A program made the position numbers and the translations under genes. Below, one piece after another: positions 9,014 through 18,775 of a DNA stretch of 64,000 bases. The stretch comes from a bacterium (lineage in GTDB: Bacteria; Desulfobacterota; Deferrisomatia; Deferrisomatales; BM512). The notes under the pieces are model-generated. The model ran no database searches and was not told the DNA's origin. It saw nothing but the letters and a program-made list of their open reading frames with translations. How positions within the stretch are numbered: position 1 is the stretch's first letter; each line of letters begins with the position of its first letter. The stretch covers positions 11,595 through 75,594 of the forward strand of contig SCTA01000017.1 of the NCBI GenBank assembly GCA_004322275.1. Direction: 5' to 3'.

Positions 9014-10461
9014 TACATCCCGGTTTTCTGGCACATCTTGACGAAAGCCTCGACGCATTTCGGATCGAGCTGGGTTCCGCAGCAGCGGATAAGCTCCTCG
9101 ACAGCCTTGTCGTGCGGCAGGCCGTTGCGGTAGGGGCGGTTGGAGGTCATCGCGTCGTAGGTGTCCGCGACCTGCATTATGCGCGCCCCAAGCGGTATCT
9201 CGTCGCCCGAGAGCCCCTCGGGGTAGCCCGAGCCGTCGAAGCGCTCGTGGTGGTGGTAAACGATCGGGACCACGTCGCGCAAAAAGGAGATGTTTTCTAG
9301 GATTCTCTTGCCCATGTGGGTGTGCGACTGGATTATCCGGTATTCGGCGGAGCTGAGCCTGCCGGGCTTGTTCAGTATCACGCCCGATATGCCGATTTTC
9401 CCTATGTCGTGGAGTATTCCCGCCTGCCGGAGGGTGTCGATGAACCTCTTGCTGCAGCCCATCTCGCCCGCGGTGGCCTCGCAAAGGCGGGTGACGTTCT
9501 CGGAGTGGCCGTGGGTGTAGGCGTCCTTCGCTTCCAGTGCGAGGGCGAGGGACTGGATGGTCTCCCGGAAGGCGTTTTCGAGGTCGGAATAGAGGAGGGC
9601 GTTTTCGATGCTGGTGGCGGCGCGCTCCCCGAGCACGAAGAGGGCCTTTTCCTCCCTCGGCAGAAAGACGCGCCGTTCGGAGCGGGAAAAGACGTTGAGC
9701 ATGCCCAGAAGCTCGTCCCCGCGCCGCAGGGGGACGGTAATCATCGAACCGATATGCCCCCCGCAGCCGTCGTTTATTATGCCTTCGAGCCCCGCGCCGG
9801 AGCGTTTGAAGGAGGCCTGCCCCTTCAGGAGAGGTTCGAGCGAGAGGGGGTTGGCGAAGGGCTTGTCCACGAACTGGCAGTCCCCGGTCACAAGCCTCCG
9901 CGCGAATTCCCTGGAGCCCGGCTGGCGGAAGAGTATTTCGGCCCCGTCGGCGTCAACCTCTTTAAGGGCCGTCTCGACGACTATCGAGAGTATTTCGTCG
10001 AGGGAGAGGCTCGAGGAGACCGCCTCGCTGAGCTTAAGCAGGGCGACCTGCTCCTTGAGGTGTATATTGTCGGTGGCGAGACGTATCTTTTCAAAGGCCC
10101 GGTCCACCACCTGCAAAAGCTCGCCGATCTTGAAGGGTTTTAGTATGTAATCGTAGGCGCCCTTTTTCAGGGCGTCGATGGCGGTCTCAACGGTGGCGTA
10201 GCCGGTCATTATGATAACGGTGGCGCTGGAGTTCTGGTTTTTTATCGCCGCCAGAAGGTCCAGCCCCGTCAGCCCCGGCATCTTGAGATCGGTGATGACG
10301 ATGTCGAACTGGTCGTTTTTATAGGCTTCTATGGCTTCGGCGGCGTTGTGGGCGGCCGTGGTGATATAGCCCCTGCCCTCCAGCACGTCGCCGAGGACCG
10401 TGGTTATGTCATGTTCGTCGTCCACGATAAGGATGCGGCCGATCAGAGTGCCATTTTCCAT
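9013..10461 (-). CDS. Response regulator with REC, GAF-like and HD-GYP domains (c-di-GMP phosphodiesterase type)
   Basis: The receiver domain shows ILIVDDE...DIVITDLKMPG. The HD-GYP signature is HDIGKI...HHHERFDGSGYPEGL. Confidence 0.9.
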   Translation of the reverse strand: MENGTLIGRILIVDDEHDITTVLGDVLEGRGYITTAAHNAAEAIEAYKNDQFDIVITDLKMPGLTGLDLLAAIKNQNSSATVIIMTGYATVETAIDALKKGAYDYILKPFKIGELLQVVDRAFEKIRLATDNIHLKEQVALLKLSEAVSSSLSLDEILSIVVETALKEVDADGAEILFRQPGSREFARRLVTGDCQFVDKPFANPLSLEPLLKGQASFKRSGAGLEGIINDGCGGHIGSMITVPLRRGDELLGMLNVFSRSERRVFLPREEKALFVLGERAATSIENALLYSDLENAFRETIQSLALALEAKDAYTHGHSENVTRLCEATAGEMGCSKRFIDTLRQAGILHDIGKIGISGVILNKPGRLSSAEYRIIQSHTHMGKRILENISFLRDVVPIVYHHHERFDGSGYPEGLSGDEIPLGARIMQVADTYDAMTSNRPYRNGLPHDKAVEELIRCCGTQLDPKCVEAFVKMCQKTGM

Positions 10462-10695
10462 AAGGAATAATCCTCGTTATCGTCAACCTGCCCAAATGAG
10501 CGATGAGCGAGCGGACATGATAATAGAGCCGTGAGACAAACGGAAGAGGCGGCGCAAATATACATGCTTTTTTTGTGTTATGCTCCTTTGCGGTACACCC
10601 CGGTTGCATTTCACACGTCTATTGGATTATCTATAACCATGCCCCCTGGGACCCGGCCGGGTCCGCTCCCCCGGGCTTCAGGAAAGAAGGATTTT

Positions 10696-12267
10696 ATGTT
10701 TTCACGCTTTGCAGCCCTTTTTTTGGCGCTCTCAATCTCCCTTCCCGCCTTTTCGGCGGAAAGCTGGAACACGCGGCTGGTCTACGGCTCCGGGATTTCG
10801 GGAGAAGTCCTTCCCTGCGGCTGAAAATCCGGCAGGCTCGGGGGTCTTGCCCGAAGAGCGTACAAGCTGAGCGTACTTCGCGCCGAAACACGCGATACCG
10901 TCTACCTCGAAGGCGGCGACGCCCTCTTTCATCAGGAGTTCAACCTGCCGGGAGGCGACGAGCGCGCCTGGCTCCGGGAGAGGGCGAAGGTCGTCGCCGG
11001 AGAGCTTGCCCGGATGAACCCCGCGGCGATGGGGGTGGGCAGGAAAGACCTCGCCGACGGCCTCGATTTTCTTGTCACCGTCGGAGCGGCCGAAAAACTT
11101 CCCCTCGTCTCCTCCAACATCCTCCTCCCCGGCGGCAAAAGACCCTTCCCGGCTTTCAGATACATAGACTGGGGAGGGAAAAGGGCCGCGGTCTTCAGCC
11201 TCACCTACGCCATGCCGGAGCGGGACAAGGAGATGGGGATAACCGTCACGGACTGGACGGCGGCGGCGAAAAGCACCCTTGAGGAGATAAAGGACGTGGA
11301 TTTCGTCATCCTTTTGACCGACATCGGCTTTGACGCGGAACACGAGCTGGCGAGAAAGGTCAAGGGAATCAACCTCATTATCGGCGGCGGCCCCGGCCAG
11401 CGGCTTCTAACCGACCCCGACAGGGTCGAAGACACCCTTTTGCTCCGCTCCTCCGACAGGGGCAGGCATCTCGGGGTGCTGGACCTGAATTCGGCGTCTA
11501 TCTCCAAGAACTGGAAGCTGCCCATAGGCCAGAGCCAGATAAGATCCATGAGAGCACAGCTCGAAACCATTTCAGGCAAAATAAAGAGCGAATCGGCAAA
11601 GCAGGACCCCGCCTCGAAAGAGGAGGTCGCCAAACTGAAAAAAGCCCAGGACGACATCAACAGGGCTCTTGAGAACGTAACCGCGGGCGCGGCGACCTAC
11701 AAACACAGCATAGCCGTTCTCGATTCCGCCGTCTCCGACGACCCCGCCACGGCGAAGGCGGTCTCGGCGCTGGGCCAAAGCCCCGCCGAGAAGCGAAGGG
11801 AAGAGGCGGCCAAAGCCGCGAAATCCCTGCCGCGCAACGAAAGTCAGGCGGGCAAAAAGCCTCCCTCTCTGGCCAAACCCCAGGCGGTCTTGGCCGGTTC
11901 CGAGCCCCCCGCCGGCCCGTACAGCACCGGCACCGTCCCCTGCCGCAAGTGCCATCAGAAAGAGTATTCGAGCTGGCTTCGGACCCCCCATTACCGCTCG
12001 GGGACCTCTTTAGCCAAAGAAAAGCCCAGCGGCGAGTGCTACTCCTGCCACTATTCGAGGCTCATCTTTACCACCGGGATAGCGATAGAGCAGATGGTCG
12101 GCTGCGAAGTCTGCCACGGCAAAGGCTCGCTGCACGAAGGGAAGGAGGGAATAGTCAGAAAGCCGGAGGAATCCCTCTGCCGCAAGTGCCACAGCGGCTT
12201 CCACGGCAAGAAGGATTTTGATTTTCAGAGGGCTTACGAATCAATCAGATGCGATCGGAAAGAGTAA
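10696..12267 (+). CDS. Secreted 5'-nucleotidase/metallophosphoesterase-like protein fused to a tetraheme cytochrome c, interrupted by an in-frame TGA at 10822-10824 (selenocysteine candidate or pseudogene)
   Basis: The signal peptide is MFSRFAALFLALSISLPAFSA. The same frame continues across the TGA (..GEVLPCG-TGA-KSGRLGGLARRA..) with no other stop until 12267. The C-terminus has 4 CXXCH motifs (CRKCH, CYSCH, CEVCH, CRKCH). Confidence 0.6.
10831..10851 (+). promoter_or_regulatory. Candidate SECIS-like hairpin downstream of the in-frame TGA
   Basis: GGCAGG-CUCGGGGGU-CUUGCC forms a 6-bp stem (one G.U) with a G-rich 9-nt loop, starting 7 nt after the TGA. This is a hand fold only. Confidence 0.3.
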
Positions 12268-12286
12268 AAACTGCTGCGGTCCGTTG

Positions 12287-12775
12287 TTATCCGGCGCGGA
12301 GGCTCCGTGCGATTCTCTCGACTATGGAGGTGGTGGATTTTCCTTCGACGAGGGGGATGGAAAGGACCTTGCCGCCCGCCTTTTCGACGGCTTCCCTGCC
12401 GACGATCGACTCGACGGGCCAGTCGCCTCCCTTCACGAGAAAATCGGGGAGAAGCGCCTCGATGAGCTTTAGGGGTGTGTCTTCGTCGAAGAGCACGACG
12501 TAATCCACCGAACGAAGCGCGCTAAGCACCGCCGCCCTCTCGCCCTCGTTCATTATGGGCCGTCCCGGCCCCTTCCCCTGCCTTTTCACCGAAGCGTCGG
12601 AGTTGAGACCTACGACGAGGATATCCCCCAGCGACCTTGCCTTGTCCAGATAGGTGACGTGGCCGGGGTGGATTATGTCGAAGCACCCGTTGGTAAAGAC
12701 GATCTTTTCGCCCGCTTTTCTTCGCGGCGCGATCTCCTCAAACACCCGCTCCAGCGGCACCGCTCCCTTAATCAT
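12287..12775 (-). CDS. D-glycero-beta-D-manno-heptose 1-phosphate adenylyltransferase (stand-alone RfaE/HldE domain II)
   Basis: The cytidylyltransferase motifs [17 protein letters not shown] and GGDW are present. The start was placed at the Met that makes an ATGA overlap with the upstream stop. Confidence 0.85.
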   Translation of the reverse strand: MIKGAVPLERVFEEIAPRRKAGEKIVFTNGCFDIIHPGHVTYLDKARSLGDILVVGLNSDASVKRQGKGPGRPIMNEGERAAVLSALRSVDYVVLFDEDTPLKLIEALLPDFLVKGGDWPVESIVGREAVEKAGGKVLSIPLVEGKSTTSIVERIARSLRAG

Positions 12776-14658
12776 TCCACTACCCACGGCAGGTAGCCCG
12801 CGCGGTAGAGGAGGGGGAGCGCCTCGGCGGGAATCTTCGCCCTCGTCATGAATATCCTGCCCTGACCCCGCTCTTCGCCCGAGAGCTCCGGGTAGAGGGC
12901 CAGAGCAAGGGACGGCTGGTCTATTTCAAGCCCCTCCGCCTCGAAGGAGAGCGCCCCTTCGGAGGGAAGGCTGAGGGCGACCTGCCGGTGAACCACGCCG
13001 AGGAGGGAGAAAAGGTCCTCCGCCTTCTTGAGAGGGTCGCCCGCTTCCGGCCAGGCGAAGGTGAAGTACCCCGAACGAAGGAGGATGGATTCGGCGTTCG
13101 CGGGCTTTTCCGGCGCGACGGCGTATTTCATCGCGCCGTATTCAAAGACGAGCTTGGGCCGTATCGTGTAGGAGACTCCGTTGTCGAGCCTGCAGGTGAC
13201 GGCGGGCTTTAGCCTGTTGGCGACGCCGATCATGCTGAGCAGCTCGGCCGCTCCCTCTACCGACGGGGCAAAGGAGACGGTTGCCGCATGGGTCAGGGGG
13301 GACCTGGCCTCCTCGCTTTCGCGCACTCCCCCGAGGCTGTGAAGGACGTAGCCCCGGGACTTTACGAGGCGCACGAGTCCGGGGTCTATGGAGGCACCTT
13401 CGGAGAAGATGAGATGCATCCCTCCCTCCCATTTTGCCTCGGGAGAGGGGGCGACGGCCCACTTCGCGCGGACCCGGAGGCTGGTTTTGTCGGCCAGAGA
13501 GACGGAGCGGGCGCCCTCCGACAGCTCGTGAAACTTAAGCTGTTTCAGAACGGCCCCGAGAAAATCTTCCGGCGCGTAGGCTCCCGGCAATAATACCTCG
13601 TAGCCCCACGCGCCCTTTATCGCCTCCGCCATCTGCGCGGAGAGCTTCGCTCCTGCGTCGATGATCACCTTTCCCCCGTCGGGTCCCGAAATCACCGGAA
13701 AATCCTTCGCTTCGAGGCGGATCGAGCGGCCCCGGGAGACGGGTATGTACCTTTCGCCCTCCCTGTCGATGCTACACCCCAGCTTTTCAAGGAGCCCGAG
13801 CACCGGCAGGTATCTTTCGATCTGTGCTTCCGGGGCCGGGGGAGGCGTTTGCGCGGCTGTTGCCGGCGCGGGTGGAGCCTGTGCGGGCGCTTCTGACGCT
13901 TCCTCCTTCGCGGCCTTCGGCGGGGCCGCTTCAACGGGCGAAACGGCAACCGGGGCGGCGGCGGGAGGTTCGGGTTTCGCCTGTTTGGCCGAAGGCGAAG
14001 GGGCTGGCGCTGGCGCTGCCGGAACCGCGGCGATTGCCGGGGCGGGTGCGGCGGCGGGCACAGCCTCCGCCGGTTTTACAGCCAGTAGCTCCTCGGGAAA
14101 GACCAGCACCTGACCGACCAGAAGGAGGTTCACGTCCTTTAAGGAAGGGTTGGCATTCTTGACCTTCTGGAGCGCCTCCTTGACCTGGTATTTGTCAATC
14201 CCGAAATCCCTCGTGAGAATTGTCCAGAGAGTTTCACCCTTCTTGACGGTATGGCTCGCCTTTTTCTGTTTGGGTGCGGGCGCGGGAGGAGGAGGCGCCA
14301 CGGCAGGCAAAGCTGGCGGGGATACTCCCGCCTCCACCTTGAAGGGAACCCTTACCAGCTGTCCGGCGGGGGGCCTCTCGGGGTCGACGCCGGGATTGAG
14401 ATCCCTGAAGACCTCGGTGAAAAAGGGGATGTCGCCCTGCCCTATGCCGTAGTCATCCCTGAGGATGGCTTTTATCGACTCGCCTTTGTCCACCGTGCGG
14501 GTTTCGGCGAAAATCTTCTCGCCCCGGGGCGTATTCTGGATATGGAGGGTTTTTTTGAATTTTATGCGAGCGCCTTCGGGCGGAGGCTTCTCCGCCGCAT
14601 TCGCCCACACCGCAGGGACCAGAAGCGCTAAAAGAGCGAATAAAGCGCGTCTTTTCAC
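12772..14658 (-). CDS. Secreted LysM-repeat protein with Pro/Ala-rich linkers and a large uncharacterised C-terminal domain
   Basis: It has a signal peptide and two LysM-like segments ([18 protein letters not shown]...VGQVLVFP and [18 protein letters not shown]...AGQLVRVP). A long PAPAPA linker follows. Confidence 0.75.
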   Translation of the reverse strand: MKRRALFALLALLVPAVWANAAEKPPPEGARIKFKKTLHIQNTPRGEKIFAETRTVDKGESIKAILRDDYGIGQGDIPFFTEVFRDLNPGVDPERPPAGQLVRVPFKVEAGVSPPALPAVAPPPPAPAPKQKKASHTVKKGETLWTILTRDFGIDKYQVKEALQKVKNANPSLKDVNLLLVGQVLVFPEELLAVKPAEAVPAAAPAPAIAAVPAAPAPAPSPSAKQAKPEPPAAAPVAVSPVEAAPPKAAKEEASEAPAQAPPAPATAAQTPPPAPEAQIERYLPVLGLLEKLGCSIDREGERYIPVSRGRSIRLEAKDFPVISGPDGGKVIIDAGAKLSAQMAEAIKGAWGYEVLLPGAYAPEDFLGAVLKQLKFHELSEGARSVSLADKTSLRVRAKWAVAPSPEAKWEGGMHLIFSEGASIDPGLVRLVKSRGYVLHSLGGVRESEEARSPLTHAATVSFAPSVEGAAELLSMIGVANRLKPAVTCRLDNGVSYTIRPKLVFEYGAMKYAVAPEKPANAESILLRSGYFTFAWPEAGDPLKKAEDLFSLLGVVHRQVALSLPSEGALSFEAEGLEIDQPSLALALYPELSGEERGQGRIFMTRAKIPAEALPLLYRAGYLPWVVE

Positions 14659-16352
14659 TCGCCAAGCCAGATCGTCTTGATAAAGCAGGGGCCCCCGATG
14701 AAGATATCATCCTCGAAGGGGATGATTTGCGCCCAGGTCGCCGCCGCGGTGAGGGTGGCCACGGTATCGGCCTCGCTACGGAAATACTCTACCGTGATCG
14801 GCACGCCCTCGGCGGTGGAGGTTACGGGAAAGAGGAGAGGATTCGGCGTCGGGGTGACCGAGGGATCGACATCCGAGAAGGTGAAGCCGAAGTTTATCGG
14901 CGCCATCCTCCCGTTTGCGTCGAAGACAGCGTCCACCCTCGCGGACTTTGCCGCGACCGTAATCTTTATGTAGCCTCCCGTGCCGGGATCGACATCGACG
15001 AGGGAAACTATCGCGGTTTTCCCGATTCCGATAAAGCGCGTGGCGTTGAGGGACAAAAAGCGCGAGATGAAGCCGCGAACCCCGACGTCGCTGCCGAGCC
15101 AGGCGTTTTCGCCCTTGTCCACCAGCAGAGAGCCGTAATTCTGAAATGCCTCGTTGGAAACCCCCTCGATGGCGCTGCTCCTTTTGAAGATGTGCCTCCA
15201 CCCGCTGCCGACGGTAGTGCAATCGGCGGCGCCCGGATCGTCATAGTAATCGTCGGCGGGGTCTTCCCAGTTTCCGGGGTAGCAGACGCGCTGGTCGAAG
15301 ACCCCGGCATCCGGAACCTGAAAAAAAGCGAAGCCGGTCGTGGCGAGCCAGACGACGCCGTCGGTGGGGCTTACGTCTATGTCGTTTATGTTAAACCCCG
15401 AGTCGTCGTAAACGCCCGGATCGGGAAAGAAATCCGCGACGAAGTTTCTCGTCCATTCACCGCCGGAGAAGGTGTATTTGACTATCGTGCGCTTCCTGGC
15501 GTCTTCGGTAGCGTCCGCGTTTTTCTGCACGACGTAAAGCTCGTTTCCCACGACCCGTATGGCCCCGATGAGGCTGTTGGAGAAGGGCTTGCCGATTATC
15601 TGCGGACTTTGTCCCAGCGCCGGATCGAGGTAGAAAAGCCATTTGCCCCCGTCTACCGTGGTTCCGTCGGGCCAGGTGTAGAAAATGGCGCTCGAAACCC
15701 CGGTAATCGGCGTGGCGTCGACTACTGCGGCGGTGCGCGTGGTTTCGGGAGAGGGAGCGGTATAGGGGCTTGCGGCCGTCGGCTGCGGCGTCTCTCCCGT
15801 CGTGAGGTCCAGTTCGTAGACTCCGTTCTCCGAGGCGGCCCAGACCCTCTTGGACCCGTCCGTGGCCAGATCGTGCACCTCGACATCGGTTTCTCCGTCA
15901 AGCTCGATAAGAGGACGCAGATCCACCCTGTCGGTGTACCTGCCCCACTGAAGGCCCGCGTTGCCGCCGGGATCGTCCGAGGAGAAGAAAAAGAATTCGT
16001 CGGTCTTGAATTTGGCGAAGACTATGGCGCTGGTGTTGTTGCTGAGAAGGTAATCATCCGGGTAGGCGCTCTTGTTGATGGGGAAGGCGGTGGAGAACCG
16101 CGTCAGGGTGTCGCCTTCGATCCTCAGGGCGGCGAGGCCCCCTCCTTCGGTGGAGAGCCAGACGTTGTTTGCCTTGTCCGCCGAGAATTTCGTAACGTTT
16201 GAAATTCCCACCGGCAGCCGCAGATCGGCGTTGATTTCCGCGAAGACGTTTTTGGCGAATTTCGGCTCGCCGAAATCTCCCAGCGCGGCTCTGGCAACCG
16301 GCGCGATAAGAACAAAAAGCAAAGCCGCTGTAATCAGGTGACGGTGTTTCAT
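14655..16352 (-). CDS. Secreted hypothetical protein with propeller-like repeats
   Basis: The signal peptide is MKHRHLITAALLFVLIAPVARA. Segments resembling two-component-regulator propeller repeats recur (NNVWLSTEGGGLAAL, KRVWAASENGVYEL, GVVWLATTGFAFF, ENAWLGSDVGVRGF). It overlaps the LysM gene by 4 nt. Confidence 0.6.
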   Translation of the reverse strand: MKHRHLITAALLFVLIAPVARAALGDFGEPKFAKNVFAEINADLRLPVGISNVTKFSADKANNVWLSTEGGGLAALRIEGDTLTRFSTAFPINKSAYPDDYLLSNNTSAIVFAKFKTDEFFFFSSDDPGGNAGLQWGRYTDRVDLRPLIELDGETDVEVHDLATDGSKRVWAASENGVYELDLTTGETPQPTAASPYTAPSPETTRTAAVVDATPITGVSSAIFYTWPDGTTVDGGKWLFYLDPALGQSPQIIGKPFSNSLIGAIRVVGNELYVVQKNADATEDARKRTIVKYTFSGGEWTRNFVADFFPDPGVYDDSGFNINDIDVSPTDGVVWLATTGFAFFQVPDAGVFDQRVCYPGNWEDPADDYYDDPGAADCTTVGSGWRHIFKRSSAIEGVSNEAFQNYGSLLVDKGENAWLGSDVGVRGFISRFLSLNATRFIGIGKTAIVSLVDVDPGTGGYIKITVAAKSARVDAVFDANGRMAPINFGFTFSDVDPSVTPTPNPLLFPVTSTAEGVPITVEYFRSEADTVATLTAAATWAQIIPFEDDIFIGGPCFIKTIWLGE

Positions 16353-16577
16353 CTGCTACTCCACAGGCGGGGGCGCCGCCCAGCATCCAGCCGGAATTTT
16401 TTTTAAAACTCGCGCCGTGAAGGTATTTGCGGCGCAATGAGGTAATATAGCACGCAAAATCGCGCCCTTTCAAGCGGTAGCGTCTTGCCTAACAAACCTG
16501 AACATGTTAGAAAAAGCCGGTAATTCCAGCAATTCATAATGGGCCTTGGCCCAGGTCAAAGCCCCGGAGGTTTATTT

Positions 16578-17861
16578 ATGGATCACTCACGCTCTTTACA
16601 GCTCTTTTTAAGGGCGCAGGAACTCATTCCCGGCGGCGTCAACAGCCCCGTGCGCGCCTTTCGCGCCGTGGGAGGCAACCCGCCCTTCATAGCCAGCGCC
16701 AAGGGCTCGAAGATCTACGACGTGGACAAAAACGGCTACATCGACTACGTCGGCTCCTGGGGCCCGATGATCCTCGGCCACTCCCACCCCGCCGTCGTCG
16801 AGGCGACCAAAAAGGCGATGGACAACGGCGCGTCCTTCGGCGCTCCGACCGAGCTTGAGGTTACGATGGCCGAGCTCGTAATAGAGTGCGTGCCCTCGGT
16901 GGAGATGGTGCGCATGGTCAGCTCCGGCACGGAGGCGACCATGAGCGCCATCCGCGTGGCGAGGGGCTACACCGGCAGGGACAAGATTATAAAGTGCGAG
17001 GGGTGCTATCACGGCCACGAAGACTCCTTTCTCGTAAAGGCCGGCAGCGGGCTGATGACCTTCGGCGTGCCCACCAGCCCCGGCGTTCCCAAAGACGTTT
17101 CCAAAAACACCCTCACCGTTCCCTACAACAATCTCGAAGCCCTCGAAGAGGTGATAAAGGCCAACCCCGGCGAGATCGCCTGCTTCATCGTCGAGCCTGT
17201 TCCCGGCAACATGGGCTGCATCGTGCCCCTGGAGGGCTATCTCGAAGGTGTCCGCCGGATAACCGAGAGGGAAGGCATAGTGCTCATCTTCGACGAGGTG
17301 ATGAGCGGCTTTCGCGTCTCCCTCGGCGGAGCGCAGGAGAGATTCGGCGTAACCCCCGACATGACCACCCTCGGCAAGATAATCGGCGGCGGCCTCCCCG
17401 TCGGCGCCTTCGGCGGCAAAAAGCAGTTGATGAAAAAGGTCTCTCCCGTCGGCCCCGTCTATCAGGCCGGGACCCTTTCGGGCAACCCCCTGGCGATGAC
17501 CGCCGGAATCGCGACCTTAAAAGAACTCATGAAGCCGGGCGTTTACGCCGAGCTGGAGAAAAAATCGGCCCGCCTCGAAGCCGGGCTGGTAAAAGCTACG
17601 GCAAGTCACGGCCTGCCCTCCTGTTTTGCAAGGGTCGGCGCGATGTTCACCTCCTTCTTCCAGGAGGGGCCGGTTATCGACTACGCCTCCGCCCTCGACA
17701 GCGACACGGAGAGGTTCGGAAAATTTTTCATGGGGATGCTCGAACGCGGCGTGTATCTGGCCCCGAGCCAGTACGAGGCAGGGTTCATGAGCCTCGCCCA
17801 CAGCGACGAAGACATAGACCGCACCATCGAGGCCGCAAACGAGGTTTGCGCGGGCCTTTAA
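16578..17861 (+). CDS. hemL: Glutamate-1-semialdehyde 2,1-aminomutase
   Basis: The sequence [12 protein letters not shown]...DEVMSGFR...LGKIIGGG is full-length HemL-like. The start is at the internal Met MDHSRS. Confidence 0.95.
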   Translation: MDHSRSLQLFLRAQELIPGGVNSPVRAFRAVGGNPPFIASAKGSKIYDVDKNGYIDYVGSWGPMILGHSHPAVVEATKKAMDNGASFGAPTELEVTMAELVIECVPSVEMVRMVSSGTEATMSAIRVARGYTGRDKIIKCEGCYHGHEDSFLVKAGSGLMTFGVPTSPGVPKDVSKNTLTVPYNNLEALEEVIKANPGEIACFIVEPVPGNMGCIVPLEGYLEGVRRITEREGIVLIFDEVMSGFRVSLGGAQERFGVTPDMTTLGKIIGGGLPVGAFGGKKQLMKKVSPVGPVYQAGTLSGNPLAMTAGIATLKELMKPGVYAELEKKSARLEAGLVKATASHGLPSCFARVGAMFTSFFQEGPVIDYASALDSDTERFGKFFMGMLERGVYLAPSQYEAGFMSLAHSDEDIDRTIEAANEVCAGL

Positions 17862-17874
17862 ACCGGCATTTCGC

Positions 17875-17900
17875 GGGGATTCCCGGCGGGAATCCCCTTG
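17875..17900 (+). terminator. Hairpin after hemL
   Basis: GGGGATTCCC-GGC-GGGAATCCCC forms a 10-bp stem. Only a weak T tract follows (TTGGG). Confidence 0.45.
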
Positions 17901-17949
17901 GGAGAGTGTTTCCGCCGGTCCTTAAAATTCATTATTTTAAACCCCGTCC

Positions 17950-17981
17950 TTGACGCGGTTTAGCGCCTCGTGCTATAGAAT
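17950..17981 (+). promoter_or_regulatory. Candidate sigma70-type promoter of the atp(Z/I)BE operon
   Basis: TTGACG is followed by an 18-nt spacer and TATAGAAT, about 58 nt upstream of the first atp ORF. Confidence 0.45.
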
Positions 17982-18038
17982 GGCCGGTTTTCGATGCGGC
18001 GTTTTATTATGCGCCCTCGGGAAGATGGATAGAAACCG

Positions 18039-18296
18039 ATGCCCAAAAAACCTATCGAGGAAGCCAGAGGGTGGACTAAATATAGCGCCATCGGGCTTGA
18101 AATGGGCTTTTCGGTAATAATAGGGTTGGTAATCGGCTCTTTTTTGGACGAGTACTTCCACACCTATCCATGGCAGACCCTCTTTTGGCTGATCTGCGGA
18201 ACCGCCGCCGGCATGCGCGCGCTCTATCGCGCGGCCAAGGGTATCGAAAGGGAGGAATCCGCCGAAAAGGACCGGAAAAATGACCGAGAGGGATAA
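18039..18296 (+). CDS. AtpZ/AtpI family small membrane protein
   Basis: The 85-aa protein has two TM helices (GLEMGFSVIIGLVIG, LFWLICGTAAG) and sits at the head of the atp operon. Confidence 0.7.
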   Translation: MPKKPIEEARGWTKYSAIGLEMGFSVIIGLVIGSFLDEYFHTYPWQTLFWLICGTAAGMRALYRAAKGIEREESAEKDRKNDREG

Positions 18297-18753
18297 GGGC
18301 GGGGACCCCTCGTTTGCGCCGGTCGATGAAAATCAGGGCGATTTTTCTCCGGAGGAGCTGGATTTCGACGACGGAGAAGACGAAGGCGGAGATATCGGCG
18401 GCCCGGTAAACATACGCCGTATCGAACTCTTCAACGTCCTTCTGGTCATCGTCGTAACCCTGGTGGTATCCCTCTTCTGGAGCGGAGATATCGCCTTCGC
18501 GGTCATAGTCGGCGGCGTGCTGATGGCGGCCAGCTTCAGGATAATCGCCTCGGTGATGACCGCTGTTTTCGGCAAGGGCGGCGGCAGCATAGTCCACGTC
18601 GCCACTTACTGGCTGAAGTTTACGCTCATGATGCTTTTAACGGGCGCTGCGATACTGGTATATGATCTGGACGTGGGAGGGCTTTTGATCGGCTTTTCGC
18701 AGATCGTTCCCGCGATAGTTTTGGAAACCGTATGGAAACTGGCCAAAAAATAA
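18280..18753 (+). CDS. ATP synthase protein I-like membrane protein
   Basis: It has four predicted hydrophobic helices and lies between atpZ and atpB. The family assignment rests on position only. Confidence 0.5.
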   Translation: MTERDKGGDPSFAPVDENQGDFSPEELDFDDGEDEGGDIGGPVNIRRIELFNVLLVIVVTLVVSLFWSGDIAFAVIVGGVLMAASFRIIASVMTAVFGKGGGSIVHVATYWLKFTLMMLLTGAAILVYDLDVGGLLIGFSQIVPAIVLETVWKLAKK

Positions 18754-18775
18754 CGGCTTTGGAGGACTCGTCAAG

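Noticed and set aside
8552-9484. Several track ORFs have long N-terminal extensions: 8552..9484, 47475..48959, 24599..26335, 26418..27533, 46355..47566, 53309..53905, 54018..54575 and 63095..63868.
   Set aside because: The extensions overlap neighbouring genes or repeat elements and are Arg/Pro/Gly-rich. In each case an internal start gives a proper signal peptide or RBS, or a conserved family N-terminus, so the shorter CDS was reported.
14727-16202. Long antisense ORFs occur here. Similar ones are at 9316..10143, 16886..17953, 20124..21338, 38643..39611, 55445..56452, 57995..59044, 61634..62563, 61636..62658 and 42808..43440.
   Set aside because: Each overlaps, in another frame or strand, a CDS with clear family motifs. 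Their Arg/Gly/Pro-rich translations are what GC-rich third-position bias produces.
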